Source: Sedimentisphaerales bacterium (lineage in GTDB: Bacteria; Planctomycetota; Phycisphaerae; Sedimentisphaerales; SM23-30). From it: 64,000 nt of DNA. How positions within the stretch are numbered: the first letter of the stretch is position 1; every line of letters starts with the position of its first letter. Below, piece after piece: positions 32,292 to 42,931 of this stretch. The stretch is taken from contig CAXXFK010000033.1 of NCBI GenBank assembly GCA_963663965.2, forward strand, positions 1 to 64,000. Reading direction: 5' to 3'. The position numbers and the translations under genes were made by a program. The notes below the pieces were generated by a model, which worked only from the letters and a program-made list of their open reading frames with translations, ran no database searches and had not been told where the DNA came from.

Positions 32292-33476
32292 TCAGGGCTT
32301 AAAGTAAAATCGCCCCAGCTGTCCGACAATCACCCGTTTCAATTCCAGCGGTTCGATCAGCCCCGTATGCCGATAGATAATCTTCCCGCCCGGCGCGATC
32401 ACCACCGTATGCGGCAGCGCGCCCGGCCACTCCTCATCCAGCGCGGCCGCCAGATCATCCTTCGAATCGGAGTTATACAGGTAGTTCTGAAATGAGGCAT
32501 GCTGCTTGTTCAAAAATTCCAGCGCCTTGTCTTTGTGTTCGACAACATCAACACTGATGGAAATCATTTCAAAATCCCGTTTGCGGTACATCCGGTTAAT
32601 CTCCACCAGTTCCGGAAACTCCGTCACACACGGCCCGCACCAGGTCGCCCACAAATTAATCACCCGCAGCTTATCCGTATCGTTTCGAACCAGCGCGGCA
32701 ATCTCCTTCGGCGTGATCAGGCTCACACTCGCTTCTTCCTGATTCCACCGCTCCAGCGCCTCTTTGGCCGATTCCCGCTTGTCGGACCATTTGATCGAAC
32801 AGCCAAACGGCCGGGTTTTCGGATTCGCCACCGGCTTGCCCGCCAGCAGCGCATCCAGCGCGATCCGGGTATCCTGCGATTTGGTCTTGGCCGGATTCTC
32901 ATTATCGTTCACACGCCCGGTATAACGCAGTTTCCGCTCGGCGTCAAAAATAAACACATGCGGCGTCGATACCGGCCCATAGGCCAGCGCCACTTTCTGA
33001 TTTTCCCCATCGTAAAGATACGGAAAGTTAAATCGATGTTCCAGCGCCCGCGCTTTCATATCCTCATACCCGTCGCCCACATCGGTATACCCCAGTTCAT
33101 CCAGCCGCACTGCCTTATCGTCATTGGGTGAAATCGCCACCACGGCGACTCCCTTATCGCGATAATCCTCCGTCAGTTGGATCAGGATCTTTTCATAAGC
33201 CTGGGCGGTGGGGCAGTGGTTGCAGGTAAACACCAGACACAGGATTTTCGCCTCGTCAAAATCTTTCAACCGGTACACCTTCTCTTCGACCGTGCTGAGG
33301 GTCGCCCCGGCCTGTTCCGGATCCGGCTTCTGCCTGACGACAATCCCCGGCAATTTAAAATCCGGCGCCGTCGCCCCAATCTCCAGTGTCACCGGCGATG
33401 CGGCCGGCAGGGAGAGGGGGGCAGTCAGAAAAAGCGCGATGATCCAGACAATAGTCAATTTGTGATTCATGTTCAT
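32292..33476 (-). CDS. Exported double thioredoxin-fold redoxin (AhpC/TSA-like + TlpA-like)
   Basis: APDFKLP, FTCNHCP, NLWATWCGPC. Confidence 0.88.
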   Translation of the reverse strand: MNMNHKLTIVWIIALFLTAPLSLPAASPVTLEIGATAPDFKLPGIVVRQKPDPEQAGATLSTVEEKVYRLKDFDEAKILCLVFTCNHCPTAQAYEKILIQLTEDYRDKGVAVVAISPNDDKAVRLDELGYTDVGDGYEDMKARALEHRFNFPYLYDGENQKVALAYGPVSTPHVFIFDAERKLRYTGRVNDNENPAKTKSQDTRIALDALLAGKPVANPKTRPFGCSIKWSDKRESAKEALERWNQEEASVSLITPKEIAALVRNDTDKLRVINLWATWCGPCVTEFPELVEINRMYRKRDFEMISISVDVVEHKDKALEFLNKQHASFQNYLYNSDSKDDLAAALDEEWPGALPHTVVIAPGGKIIYRHTGLIEPLELKRVIVGQLGRFYFKP

Positions 33477-33486
33477 TATAAGCTCC

Positions 33487-33846
33487 TTATTTCGTTGAAT
33501 TGCTTTCCTTCACCCGGTACGCTACGATGCGTTTGATCAACGCCAGCGGAATCGGTTGATCCATCGGAAACTGAACAGTCCCCTTACTGGATTTATACCT
33601 CGCCAGTTCTTTCTCGAACGCGGCCATCCCTGAAGGGGTTGGATAAAATCCAATATGTCGCTTAAACGCCGCGAAATGCACCAGATTCCCATTCAATTTA
33701 AACGTCGGAATCTGATACGCGATCGCCTCATCGGCCATCGGCGCCGCCTCCCGGATCGCCCGCCGCACAGACTCCAACCGCTCCTGAACATCCTCAGGAA
33801 ACCGCCGGATATAAGCATCGATCGTTTGAGCCGGTTTTTTATCCAT
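33487..33846 (-). CDS. DUF1801 (YdhG-like) protein
   Basis: TIDAYI, EAIAYQIPTF, FAAFKRHIGFYP, SKGTVQFP. Confidence 0.85.
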   Translation of the reverse strand: MDKKPAQTIDAYIRRFPEDVQERLESVRRAIREAAPMADEAIAYQIPTFKLNGNLVHFAAFKRHIGFYPTPSGMAAFEKELARYKSSKGTVQFPMDQPIPLALIKRIVAYRVKESNSTK

Positions 33847-34054
33847 CTACACAAATCATAGGCCAACCGGATACAAAAATACGAATTTAACTGTCTTTAT
33901 GTTACCTGTCATCATTGCCACCCATATGCAATATAACTATCCCGGGTATATGAAATCCATCAAACAAGACCTTCGCTCTCTTGCTCTCAAAGGTCTCTGA
34001 GATTGTAACATGTTTTAAATGAATGTATTATATCGATATTGCGTTTTTCTCATG

Positions 34055-34606
34055 TCAATCGCAGCAACAATCCATCGCTCGCTTTTCTTCATCGTTTCCA
34101 ATCGTAAGAGCCTGACCGACCGCGCATTGTGGCTCAAGGTTCTTAGTTTGACGGTGATAATTTCTAACTTTTAGAACTAAATACAGCCAAATCAGGGTAA
34201 AAAACACTGAAATTCCCAGGGCCATCAGATGACTCTTGGGATTGTCCATCATACTAAGGATATCCGGAGGGACCGGCAACCCCCTGGCTTCACGACTGGC
34301 AATGAAGCATTTTTTAGCCAGTTCGGTGTCTTTCATACTGATCACTACCCCGCTAGCCGTTTCTACGAAGTTCAACCCGATTGCAGCAAGCGCCGCGACA
34401 AATCCTCCCGGATGATGTCGCCAAACCCAGACAGTGCCCCATACGTAACAAACTGCACAGGGTACAATAAGCGCGAACAACAACCAGGACATCCCCGCGG
34501 TACTGAATAATTGCATATCCAATGAACCTTCATGGCTTAAGATTTCAATACTCTTCAGTGCTGACCAGACAAATCCTAACGTCACAATGATTCGTATAAT
34601 TTTCAT
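34055..34606 (-). CDS. Hypothetical membrane protein
   Basis: 183 aa, ~4 hydrophobic segments, GAGGA RBS. Confidence 0.65.
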   Translation of the reverse strand: MKIIRIIVTLGFVWSALKSIEILSHEGSLDMQLFSTAGMSWLLFALIVPCAVCYVWGTVWVWRHHPGGFVAALAAIGLNFVETASGVVISMKDTELAKKCFIASREARGLPVPPDILSMMDNPKSHLMALGISVFFTLIWLYLVLKVRNYHRQTKNLEPQCAVGQALTIGNDEEKRAMDCCCD

Positions 34607-34639
34607 AATCGTTTTTTCCTCTTAGTGATATTCATGTTG

Positions 34640-36790
34640 TTAATAATGGATCGACGGAATCCGCTCGATCACCTCATCAAACGGCGCCACCGCGCCCGTC
34701 GCCACCTCATAGATCCGTTCGTGCGTCAACCGCGCCGCCTCGGTCAGTTCTTCATACGGCCGGTTACAGATATCGATCAACCCGATATTGTAATTCTCCC
34801 CGTCGAACCGCCCAAAGATCGGCTGATCCAGCCACTGAAAATAATGCATCCCAATCAATTCCGGCCGGGCCGCGCCCTGTTCAACATAATACCGGTACGC
34901 CACTGCCCGCTGCTGCTGATTCAGCGCCCCCTGGATCCCCGTCGCCGGCAGTCCCCGGTCCACCGCGCCAAAATGAAACTCTCCGATCATCACCGGCTTA
35001 CCGCTCCGCCGCGCGATCTCCGCCGTCTCCGGCGGCCCCGGATTGCCATACCCGTTAATCGAAAACACATCGAACGCCTCACCCGCCCGATAGAGCAGGT
35101 CCGAACTGATCCACGCGTAGCGCATCCCCAGGTTCAAATGATGCGGATCGATCTGCTTCACTGCCTCGCACGGCGCCTGCACATACCGTTCCACCAGCAG
35201 CCCGGTAAACTCCCGGAAATCCGCCTTCGCCGCCTCCGATGGATACGTCTTAAATGTCTGTCCGCCAATCTCATCGATCGACTTCAGTTCCAGCTTCCAG
35301 GCCCGGTTAAACGCCGCCACCGTCGGATACCGCTCTTTCAGCCACGCTACGAACGCCTGCTTGCTCGCCGACGGCTGATCCGTCGCGAACATCTCAAACG
35401 CGATCGTATGATCCCCAAACGCCCAGGTCGGCTCATTCCGCAAAAAATACCCGATCAGGTACGGATCATCCTTCATCGGCTCCAGCTGCCGGGCAAACTC
35501 ACCCGCCTTCTGCCCATACTCCTCCGCGTACACATCCGGAAAATCCCGAAACAGCTGCGTCCTGGTCGAAGGAAACCCGCCCATCGGATACACATACGGC
35601 ACGCGCGCCGCCCGGGCATAGCGCATATCCGACCAGTTGGCAATTGTATTGATCCGATACCGTTTCAGCTGCCCCGTCGTTATCGTTTCCCACGCCTCCC
35701 GCCACTGCTCCCCAAACACCCGCACCAGATTCAGCTGATAAAAGTTCACCGAATCCGAGCCGCCTCGCCGCCGGTTGCTTGTTCCACCTAGCAGCGGATC
35801 ATCCCGCTGCGGCAGCCACGCGAACAGATCTTCCTGCCCCGTCACCGTCCCACTGGCCCCGGTCCCGATACAATCCACCCCCACACTGATAAACGCGCAT
35901 CCCTCCGGATCGACCAGCCACCACCGTTTCCCATCATGATGCGTCCGGAAAAATCCCGTCGCCTCAAACCGCCGTTTCTTCCAGCCGCCATAAACGCTCC
36001 AGTCCTCCGGATACGCCACCTCACCCGCCTCCGCCAGCTGCGTTTCATTCAGCCGCTTCAACGTCTCCAGATCGGCAATCTTCCCCGGCCACTCCCGCGC
36101 CGTCCACTGCCCGAACGCATCCACCACCGGCTCAGCCACCTCGGGCAGCGGTTCGGGCATCCGGTCACTGATCCACACCGCGCCCAGGTAAAACGTTGGC
36201 TTGAAGCGCGGCGGCTGATACGGCCCGATCCGCAGCGCCACCTTGCCGATATCCCCGCGTTCCAGCCGCTGGCCCAATACCGTGCATTTCAACTGACGCG
36301 GCACCCGCGCCATAAAAATATTCTGGCCATCCAGATGGTTCAGGTCGAATACCATCTGCGTCCGTAACTTCGGCAATATCCCGATCTTAGCCGCCATCCG
36401 CGGCTCCTGCCGCTTCGACCCGCTTTCCGGCCCGCTCTGCGCCACTATCTGCCCGCCGCCGGCCGCCTGCTTCTCGAAAAACTCCAGGTTCACCACCGCG
36501 CTGTAATCATTCTCATGCCAGAGTTCGCACACCAGGTACCGCGCCCGCTCCCAGTCGCCCGGATCGCCCGCCTGCCACACTATCACCGCGTCCCGGTCCG
36601 ATTGCGGCCGGTCTTTGATCACCTCACCCGCCCACACCGGATTCTCCGCCATCTCACAACACCGCCCACTCCGCTCCATCGCTGACTTCAAATCAAAATC
36701 CACTCGATAATCCGCCCTCACCCCCTCACACCAATACCCCATACCACCCATTATCAATAACAATCCAATCATTCGTTTATCAAATGTCAT
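34640..36790 (-). CDS. Secreted GH50-like (beta-agarase-related) glycoside hydrolase
   Basis: VDAFGQW, ATGFFR...WWLVDPEG, NTIANWS, IGYFLRNEP, DPHHLNLG.R, MIGEFHFG, GENYNIG. Confidence 0.82.
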   Translation of the reverse strand: MTFDKRMIGLLLIMGGMGYWCEGVRADYRVDFDLKSAMERSGRCCEMAENPVWAGEVIKDRPQSDRDAVIVWQAGDPGDWERARYLVCELWHENDYSAVVNLEFFEKQAAGGGQIVAQSGPESGSKRQEPRMAAKIGILPKLRTQMVFDLNHLDGQNIFMARVPRQLKCTVLGQRLERGDIGKVALRIGPYQPPRFKPTFYLGAVWISDRMPEPLPEVAEPVVDAFGQWTAREWPGKIADLETLKRLNETQLAEAGEVAYPEDWSVYGGWKKRRFEATGFFRTHHDGKRWWLVDPEGCAFISVGVDCIGTGASGTVTGQEDLFAWLPQRDDPLLGGTSNRRRGGSDSVNFYQLNLVRVFGEQWREAWETITTGQLKRYRINTIANWSDMRYARAARVPYVYPMGGFPSTRTQLFRDFPDVYAEEYGQKAGEFARQLEPMKDDPYLIGYFLRNEPTWAFGDHTIAFEMFATDQPSASKQAFVAWLKERYPTVAAFNRAWKLELKSIDEIGGQTFKTYPSEAAKADFREFTGLLVERYVQAPCEAVKQIDPHHLNLGMRYAWISSDLLYRAGEAFDVFSINGYGNPGPPETAEIARRSGKPVMIGEFHFGAVDRGLPATGIQGALNQQQRAVAYRYYVEQGAARPELIGMHYFQWLDQPIFGRFDGENYNIGLIDICNRPYEELTEAARLTHERIYEVATGAVAPFDEVIERIPSIHY

Positions 36791-37000
36791 AGTAAACTCC
36801 CTTTGTTAAATTCATTTTTGTACAAAGCATGCAGTTAATCGTAGTATAGTTATTAACCTGAGCTTTGGTTAAGAAAAATCATAAGCGTTCACCCAAAAAT
36901 AAATAATATCCGCCGAAGGCGGTTGCATAAACGGCCCGGAGGTCGAAGATCCGCCTCTGACAGGGATGATACACGACTCATCGGCTATCCGTTAGCGCGA

Positions 37001-37961
37001 TTAATGAATGTACTTCGCCTGTTTTTTCAACAAAGCGTTAAAATCATCCATCGTTTTCACTTTAGAGTCATCCTGTTCCCAGGCCGCGCCGAAATAATAG
37101 GTGAGTTTGTTCTTAGCGGGTTTTAACACCACAACATGATTATATTTATCTTTGGTTTGAGCAATAAGTTGATCTTTACGATAAAAAATACACATCCCCA
37201 GCATATCCTTTTCCAGACTCTGTTTGCCAAATGTTGCCATGCAATCCCAGCCCGGTTTGATATCCCCAATAAAGGCCAGTTCGGTTTCCGGTAAATTGAT
37301 AATCCCGGTTGCCAGATTCGGCAATGGTTTCGAAAGGTCGATGTTATACCGGGTCAGGTAACTTCCTGCTTCGATTTCAAGCGTGGTATGCAGGTCGGTT
37401 TTGGTATCGTTGATCGCCCATCCGGTATAGTCGATCGTGACTGTCGACCCTTTTTTACCATTTTCCACCGCGCTGAAAAGACGGTCCGTTTTTTCCACTC
37501 TCACCGCCTTTTTCCCCGTCCCAGAATGCCAGGGTCCCGATTCCCAGGGCCGAACCCACTTTCAATATATCCACCCCCCAATCCTGCATTTCATGATACG
37601 AATCAAAGCCATCCAGCCCAACGTTGTGTAACACCATTGCGTCGGTTTTCTTCCCAAAAATATCGATCGCATTGCGCCAGTCGAGATAGATGCGATATCC
37701 AATTTTATCCGATTCCCAACCCGGCCCTTCAAACTGGATATCAAATGAATGATCGGTATGTTTTTCATCCACCAGCAGCTTGCCGACCGGCTTAAATTCA
37801 CCGCCCTGGTATTCATATTGTTGATTGCCATTCTGTTTAGTCACCCATTTCTATTCACCGCCGTCCTTGATACCCAGGTAAGCTTGTGTTTTCCCGTTTT
37901 GCCCGAAAGCAGCGCAATGACATACCGCAAAAATCGCAATCAGTAACATCTGCCCTTTCAT
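37001..37961 (-). pseudogene. DUF4861-like secreted protein, disrupted by an in-frame TAG and a +1 frameshift
   Basis: ATG 37961 with AAGGA RBS and signal peptide; TAG at 37851-37853 (GGE*KW); FEGPGWESDKIGYRIYLD.RNAIDIFGK, DWG.DILKVG; frameshift near 37507-37517. Confidence 0.75.
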
Positions 37962-38156
37962 GATGTTTCCTTTCTTTTACCAAATATTCGTTTCTTTATT
38001 TCAACAATTCCAATAGTTTCAGAACGATATGTAAAAGACAATCCACTATCAAATGCTTCTACAAACGTTGCCCGTGGCGATACATATAACCCTTTTATAT
38101 ATCCTTTATTCTCAGCAAAAACAAGTAAAATGCCTGGGCTCTTACAAGCTAAATTT

Positions 38157-38790
38157 ATCTTCGTAGCTTCGTGTGAACCAATTTTCATTTGATTTTTTTC
38201 AGTGTCTTTCCGCGTTTTTCCGTGGTTAAAATGGTTGTTATATTATTTCCCTTTCATCCGCTTTTTTATTCATGTCCATTCGTGGTTCGCATATTTTATC
38301 TTCGTGACTTCGCGGCTTCGTGTGAACCATTTTTCTTTTGATTTCTTCCGTGTCTTTCCGTGTTTTTCCGTGGTTAACTCGGCTGTTATATTCTTCTTAC
38401 CCTTCGTGTAGCGCCGCAGGCGTCTTCGTGGTTCAACCGGCTGTATATTATTAATCTTCTATCCGCTTTCTTATTCGAGTCCATTCGTAGTTCACTTGTT
38501 TTCCCTTCGTGGCTTCGTGGCTTCGTGTGAACCAATTTTCTTTTGATTTTTTTCCGCGTATTCCGTGTATTCCGTGGTCAAATCGGCTGTTCTATTTTAA
38601 ACTCAATTCCCAATTCTTAAATCCTGTCAATCCTGTGAACCTGTCTAAAAAGCTGTTCTATTTTTCTTCCCCTTCGTGTAGCGCCGCAGGCGCTCTTCGT
38701 GCAGCCGCAGGCGTCTTCGTGGTTCAACTGGCTGTTATATTATTTTCCTTTCATCCGCTTTTTTATTTCGTGTCCATTTGTGGTTCAACT
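38157..38790. repeat. Mosaic array of short 8-10-bp-period tandem motifs
   Basis: Recurring modules CTTCGTGGCTTCGTGTGAACC (x3), TTCCGTGT..TTCCGTGGT (x3), ATCCGCTTT..TTCGTGTCCATTCGTGGTTC (x3), CCCTTCGTGTAGCGCCGCAGGCG..CTTCGTGGTTC (x2), ATCCTGTCAATCCTGT (x1). Confidence 0.9.
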
Positions 38791-39564
38791 CTTTTCCGCT
38801 CCCGGCCACCGCCCGCTCACTTCCTCCAGCCAGTGCCGCGCGATCAGCTCATGCCCCTGCGGCAGGGGATGAATCCCATCCCAGATCCACTGTTCCGCCG
38901 GCGCCGCTTCGCAGGCCGCGTCAAAAATCGCCTGCGTCCTCACCAGCGCCGCGTGATAATCCTCCGCCAGCCGCCCAACCACCTCACCCATCCGATCGGT
39001 CATTGCCCGCCGCGCCGCCCACACCCGCTCCTCCTTCAATTTCCCCGTTCGCAGCACAAACGGCTCCAGCAGCACCAGCCTCAGCTTACGATTCGCCTCT
39101 AGACTCCCCTCCAGAATAAACCGGTAATCCGCCTCAAACGCCGCCACCGTCACCCCGCGTCCCACATCATTCGTCCCCACCAGCACACTCAAAAGATCCG
39201 GCCTCATCTCGAGCGCGTCCGCCTGCCACCGCCGGCGCAGATCCGCCACCGTATTCCCGCTCACCCCCCGGTTATAAAAATCCAGCTGCGCCCCGCACAA
39301 CTCCACCCCCAGCCGCGCCGCGATCAGATACACATAGCTGTGCCCCAGGTAATGATTCCGATCCGACTGATCCCGCCCCCATTTCATATCCGTAATCGAA
39401 TCCCCCTGAAACAACAGCCGGCTCCCACGTTCCAACCCCGGCAGTCGATACCCATACCCCGCCACTCCCAATGGCTTCCTCCGCGGCCGCTCTTCCACAC
39501 CACCAACCGCCACACCCGCCACCGCACTCACACCACCCGCAATAAAACACCGTCTGTCCAGCAT
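38785..39564 (-). CDS. SGNH/GDSL hydrolase with a Tat-like leader
   Basis: DRRCFIAGG; LFQGDSITD, NRGVSG, GTND, DGIHP. Confidence 0.9.
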   Translation of the reverse strand: MLDRRCFIAGGVSAVAGVAVGGVEERPRRKPLGVAGYGYRLPGLERGSRLLFQGDSITDMKWGRDQSDRNHYLGHSYVYLIAARLGVELCGAQLDFYNRGVSGNTVADLRRRWQADALEMRPDLLSVLVGTNDVGRGVTVAAFEADYRFILEGSLEANRKLRLVLLEPFVLRTGKLKEERVWAARRAMTDRMGEVVGRLAEDYHAALVRTQAIFDAACEAAPAEQWIWDGIHPLPQGHELIARHWLEEVSGRWPGAEKS

Positions 39565-39591
39565 ATGAATATCTCATTTGAACTTTTGTAA

Positions 39592-40920
39592 TTATGTCTT
39601 ATTGGAAGCTGATTTGTTCTTTGGGGGTAATTCTATAACCCTGTCCGTTGTTAATAAAATTGCGAATCTTGTAACTAATAGCCCAAGTAAAATATATCCA
39701 AGCAAAACCTGAGTTACTATACATACATGCCCCATTATTTTATCTTCTACGGCGTCAATGTCGCCATAACCTAGAGTGGTCATTGTTACAATGGAAAAAT
39801 AGATAGCCCTACAAATATTGCAAATATGGTTTGTGGATTTATATTTTTTAAGAACTGGCAAGTTAGGACATTTAGGAGTAACGGGGTCTTTAAGTGTAAA
39901 TAAATTATTAACAATTCCTAAGTTCTCCTGGTAATATCCACCATTATTAAAATATTCGTTGTATCCGAAAAATAAGTAAATTATTGCAAAGAAGATTGCA
40001 ATTAAAATAAATGAACAAATCGTTCTTTTTGTTGAATATCCATAGTCGGAGCACCACCAAAATAGATTTACCAAGCATCGGCGTATTGGATGTCTTTTAT
40101 ACCAATCTTGCCAGTTATATTTTCGAATTATATATCTTAATTGTTCCTTAACCCTAACATCCGCTTTTGGTATGTTTATATCAAAATTTGAACATTTTAA
40201 TTCCCTATCGAACTTGATATGACAAAGATTTGTTTCATCATCGATATATATATCATTGATGTTCGCGCCATAAAACTCTGCACTATGTAAATTTGCTTTA
40301 TCTAAATAGGCATTCGATAATATTGCCCCATTCAAATTCGCACCAACTAGCTTAGCTCCCGTGAGAATTGCTTCAGTTAAATCAGCTATCTCAAGATTCG
40401 CTCGACTTAAAATAGCCCCTTTAAGTTCTGTGCCTTTGAGAACAGCACCTTTAAGACAAGCGTTCCCTAGTTTTACATCATTGAATTCTGCATAGCATAG
40501 TTTTGCATTTTCAAGCTTAGCATTTTTAAGGATCAGTGTCGCATTACCTTTTGCCCTTGATAAATCTGCCATATGTAAATATGCATTTTCTAGATTAGCA
40601 TTCTTTAAATCAGTGTCAGTAAGATTGCATTCTTCTAAATGAATTATATCCTTACTGTTATTTCGCCATTTATTCCATGCAGAATGCTTATTCTTGTCTT
40701 CAATATTCTTAGAATAATATTCACTCAGTAGCAGAAGAGTAAGTTGCCAATAATCACCTTTGAAGTTTGATTGTTTTTCGCCATAACTTTCGATAATTTT
40801 TGAGTGAACATCTTCTGATATTATATTAGAAAAATATGACGAAAATGTATTTATGACTTTTTCATCTTTTGAGGAATATGGCTCATCAGATTTATTGTAT
40901 ACATTATTAAAATCAATCAT
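39592..40920 (-). CDS. Pentapeptide-repeat protein fused to a 2-TM potassium-channel-like pore
   Basis: A(N/D)LxxA.L repeats; SDYGYS; YFSIVTMTTLGYGD selectivity-filter motif; low GC. Confidence 0.88.
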   Translation of the reverse strand: MIDFNNVYNKSDEPYSSKDEKVINTFSSYFSNIISEDVHSKIIESYGEKQSNFKGDYWQLTLLLLSEYYSKNIEDKNKHSAWNKWRNNSKDIIHLEECNLTDTDLKNANLENAYLHMADLSRAKGNATLILKNAKLENAKLCYAEFNDVKLGNACLKGAVLKGTELKGAILSRANLEIADLTEAILTGAKLVGANLNGAILSNAYLDKANLHSAEFYGANINDIYIDDETNLCHIKFDRELKCSNFDINIPKADVRVKEQLRYIIRKYNWQDWYKRHPIRRCLVNLFWWCSDYGYSTKRTICSFILIAIFFAIIYLFFGYNEYFNNGGYYQENLGIVNNLFTLKDPVTPKCPNLPVLKKYKSTNHICNICRAIYFSIVTMTTLGYGDIDAVEDKIMGHVCIVTQVLLGYILLGLLVTRFAILLTTDRVIELPPKNKSASNKT

Positions 40921-40945
40921 TTAATCTATTTTTACCAATAATATA

Positions 40946-42931
40946 TTACCTAATATTTATATTATCAATCCAAACACAATCAGAACCAGAGGTTCCAGAA
41001 CTGTCTTTCATGTATACCCACATTAAAGACTGTATGCCGTCTCCTAAATTAAATTCAACATCACCCCAATTTTGTTCGCCAGACCAATAACCTTTGAGGC
41101 TCCCGTCAATAAAAAACAATAAATTATCACTGTTTATTTCACATGATGTTTTCCTTGCAAATGACACTGTGTTGTAATTATCAGTACAAACAATTAATTC
41201 TAACGAGCAAGATTGACTATCAGATATATTTCCTGATTTAAGACAATATATACCATCATTAGGATATTCCCTTACAACAAACCAAAGTTTTTCACCTTCA
41301 GTAATCCACATATTGGTTGAATTGCTAAGATTTGAATACTCAAAACTGTCATATATAGGAAAATTTAATAGCCAATTATTCGACAAAATGTCAAAGTCAT
41401 TAAAATCAATATTAATTCCTTCAATCAAATTAAAATCAGGGTTTTCTAATAACCAACTCTCGGCTATATTACTCAACTCAATGATATTTACTATTCCATC
41501 ATTGTTCATGTCTGGAAAAACATCATTGTCGATTATATTAGCAATTATTTTTCGCGAAGCTATTCCATTGCCTTTAAATTCTAAGTTAACAACACTGTTT
41601 TTACAATCATTATCTTCAATTGCATAGACATGAATAATTTGTGGTATTTCAAAATTGTCGGGAGTAAATGTTATTAAATTGGGTTCAAGAGCTAAACTTA
41701 CGTCATTATAATCAATATTGATTTTAGACAATACCAATGGTTGCTTTGCTAATGAAATATTAATTTTTTGTGTTCCTCCTTCGACAATATCAAAAGCATC
41801 ATTATCAGAAATAATATTTATTGGTTCCCAAGTTAGCCAAGGATAACCCTTACCATTCGAAATATTCCAAATATCATCGTTGCCATTAATTCCTTCATTA
41901 ATGAAATCCCACCCTGATAATTGATAAGTTAAAATGTTATACATTTCAACCGTTGTTTTACCTTTGCCCCCTACACTAACAGATATCATTGAAGTTTCTA
42001 TGTCCCAAAAACTGTTCTCAATAATATGATTATAACTATGTCCACACAAGCCTCCATGATGAGATCCACCATTTACTTGACCAGCCGAAAAAGAATTTTT
42101 TATATGGCTTGAATAATTATAACCACATAAACCTCCCACATAATCCCCGGTTCCAGAAACAGTGGCGATTGCATAACAGTTAGAAATAAGACCTTTATTT
42201 TTTCCGCAAAGCCCACCGAGTTTTCCTCCTCCAGTTACACTTCCTAATGCATAGCAAAATACGATATACCCATCATCGTTTGAGCCACACAATCCCCCAA
42301 TATGGGCAATTCCTGAAAGAATGAAATCTGCACTTGAATTTGATATATTACCTGTATTGTATCCACATAAACCTCCAATATATTCAGAATAATCGCCAAT
42401 TGCTTTAATTGTCCCTTTGGCAGAACAATTAGAAATCAATCCATTTTCATTTTCGCCGCACAAACTGCCAAGCTTGAATGAGTAACCATTTCCGCTGATT
42501 GCTACATTATTTAATGTGAGGTTAGAAACAACAGCATTATTTCCATTGATCTTTCCAAATAATGCCAAAAAATCATTTTCTTCAGCAATTATATTCAAAT
42601 TAAATATTGTATAATAATTCCCGTCAAAAACTCCTGAAAAAGGGAACCCATTATATCCATCCCAATTAGAATTATTATTATCTCTGGCAATTACGGCATC
42701 ATTGTAAGTTCGTCCAATTAGATCAATATTACACATCAGTTTTGTGTGAACATTTTCTTCCCACAATGATGCATTTTCCGCAAATTCATCAAAGTCATTT
42801 ATATCTTCAATCAAATATGGATAATCATCCGAACCATCTGTAAGTGGCTCAGTAACTCGTCCCATATCTCCATTTACACAAAAAGCCAAACTGCATAAGA
42901 AACATACAATCAAAAAAATTCGCCTAACCAT
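40946..42931 (-). CDS. Secreted GLUG-repeat protein with a dockerin-like segment
   Basis: Signal peptide; GS.DYPYLI, FSGVFDGN, repeated (I/V)GGLCGxN, SFWDIETS, DMNNDGIVNI..L...WL; low GC. Confidence 0.85.
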   Translation of the reverse strand: MVRRIFLIVCFLCSLAFCVNGDMGRVTEPLTDGSDDYPYLIEDINDFDEFAENASLWEENVHTKLMCNIDLIGRTYNDAVIARDNNNSNWDGYNGFPFSGVFDGNYYTIFNLNIIAEENDFLALFGKINGNNAVVSNLTLNNVAISGNGYSFKLGSLCGENENGLISNCSAKGTIKAIGDYSEYIGGLCGYNTGNISNSSADFILSGIAHIGGLCGSNDDGYIVFCYALGSVTGGGKLGGLCGKNKGLISNCYAIATVSGTGDYVGGLCGYNYSSHIKNSFSAGQVNGGSHHGGLCGHSYNHIIENSFWDIETSMISVSVGGKGKTTVEMYNILTYQLSGWDFINEGINGNDDIWNISNGKGYPWLTWEPINIISDNDAFDIVEGGTQKINISLAKQPLVLSKINIDYNDVSLALEPNLITFTPDNFEIPQIIHVYAIEDNDCKNSVVNLEFKGNGIASRKIIANIIDNDVFPDMNNDGIVNIIELSNIAESWLLENPDFNLIEGINIDFNDFDILSNNWLLNFPIYDSFEYSNLSNSTNMWITEGEKLWFVVREYPNDGIYCLKSGNISDSQSCSLELIVCTDNYNTVSFARKTSCEINSDNLLFFIDGSLKGYWSGEQNWGDVEFNLGDGIQSLMWVYMKDSSGTSGSDCVWIDNINIR

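Noticed and set aside
34625..36367. 388-aa and 143-aa Arg/Pro-rich + strand ORFs
   Set aside because: Antisense to the GH50-like gene; produced by the local C skew.
37851..37853. Pyrrolysine or stop-codon reassignment at the in-frame TAG
   Set aside because: TAG ends intact genes in this window (pilT, RCC1 protein), the site fits a Trp codon mutation, and the gene has a second lesion.
38157..38790. CRISPR interpretation of the 38-kb array
   Set aside because: No constant repeat with unique spacers; the linkers are related to one another; no cas genes.
37958..39119. ORFs 37958-38188, 38202-38411, 38509-39102 and 38778-39119
   Set aside because: They begin in or run through low-complexity repeats, or lie antisense to SGNH; no protein features.
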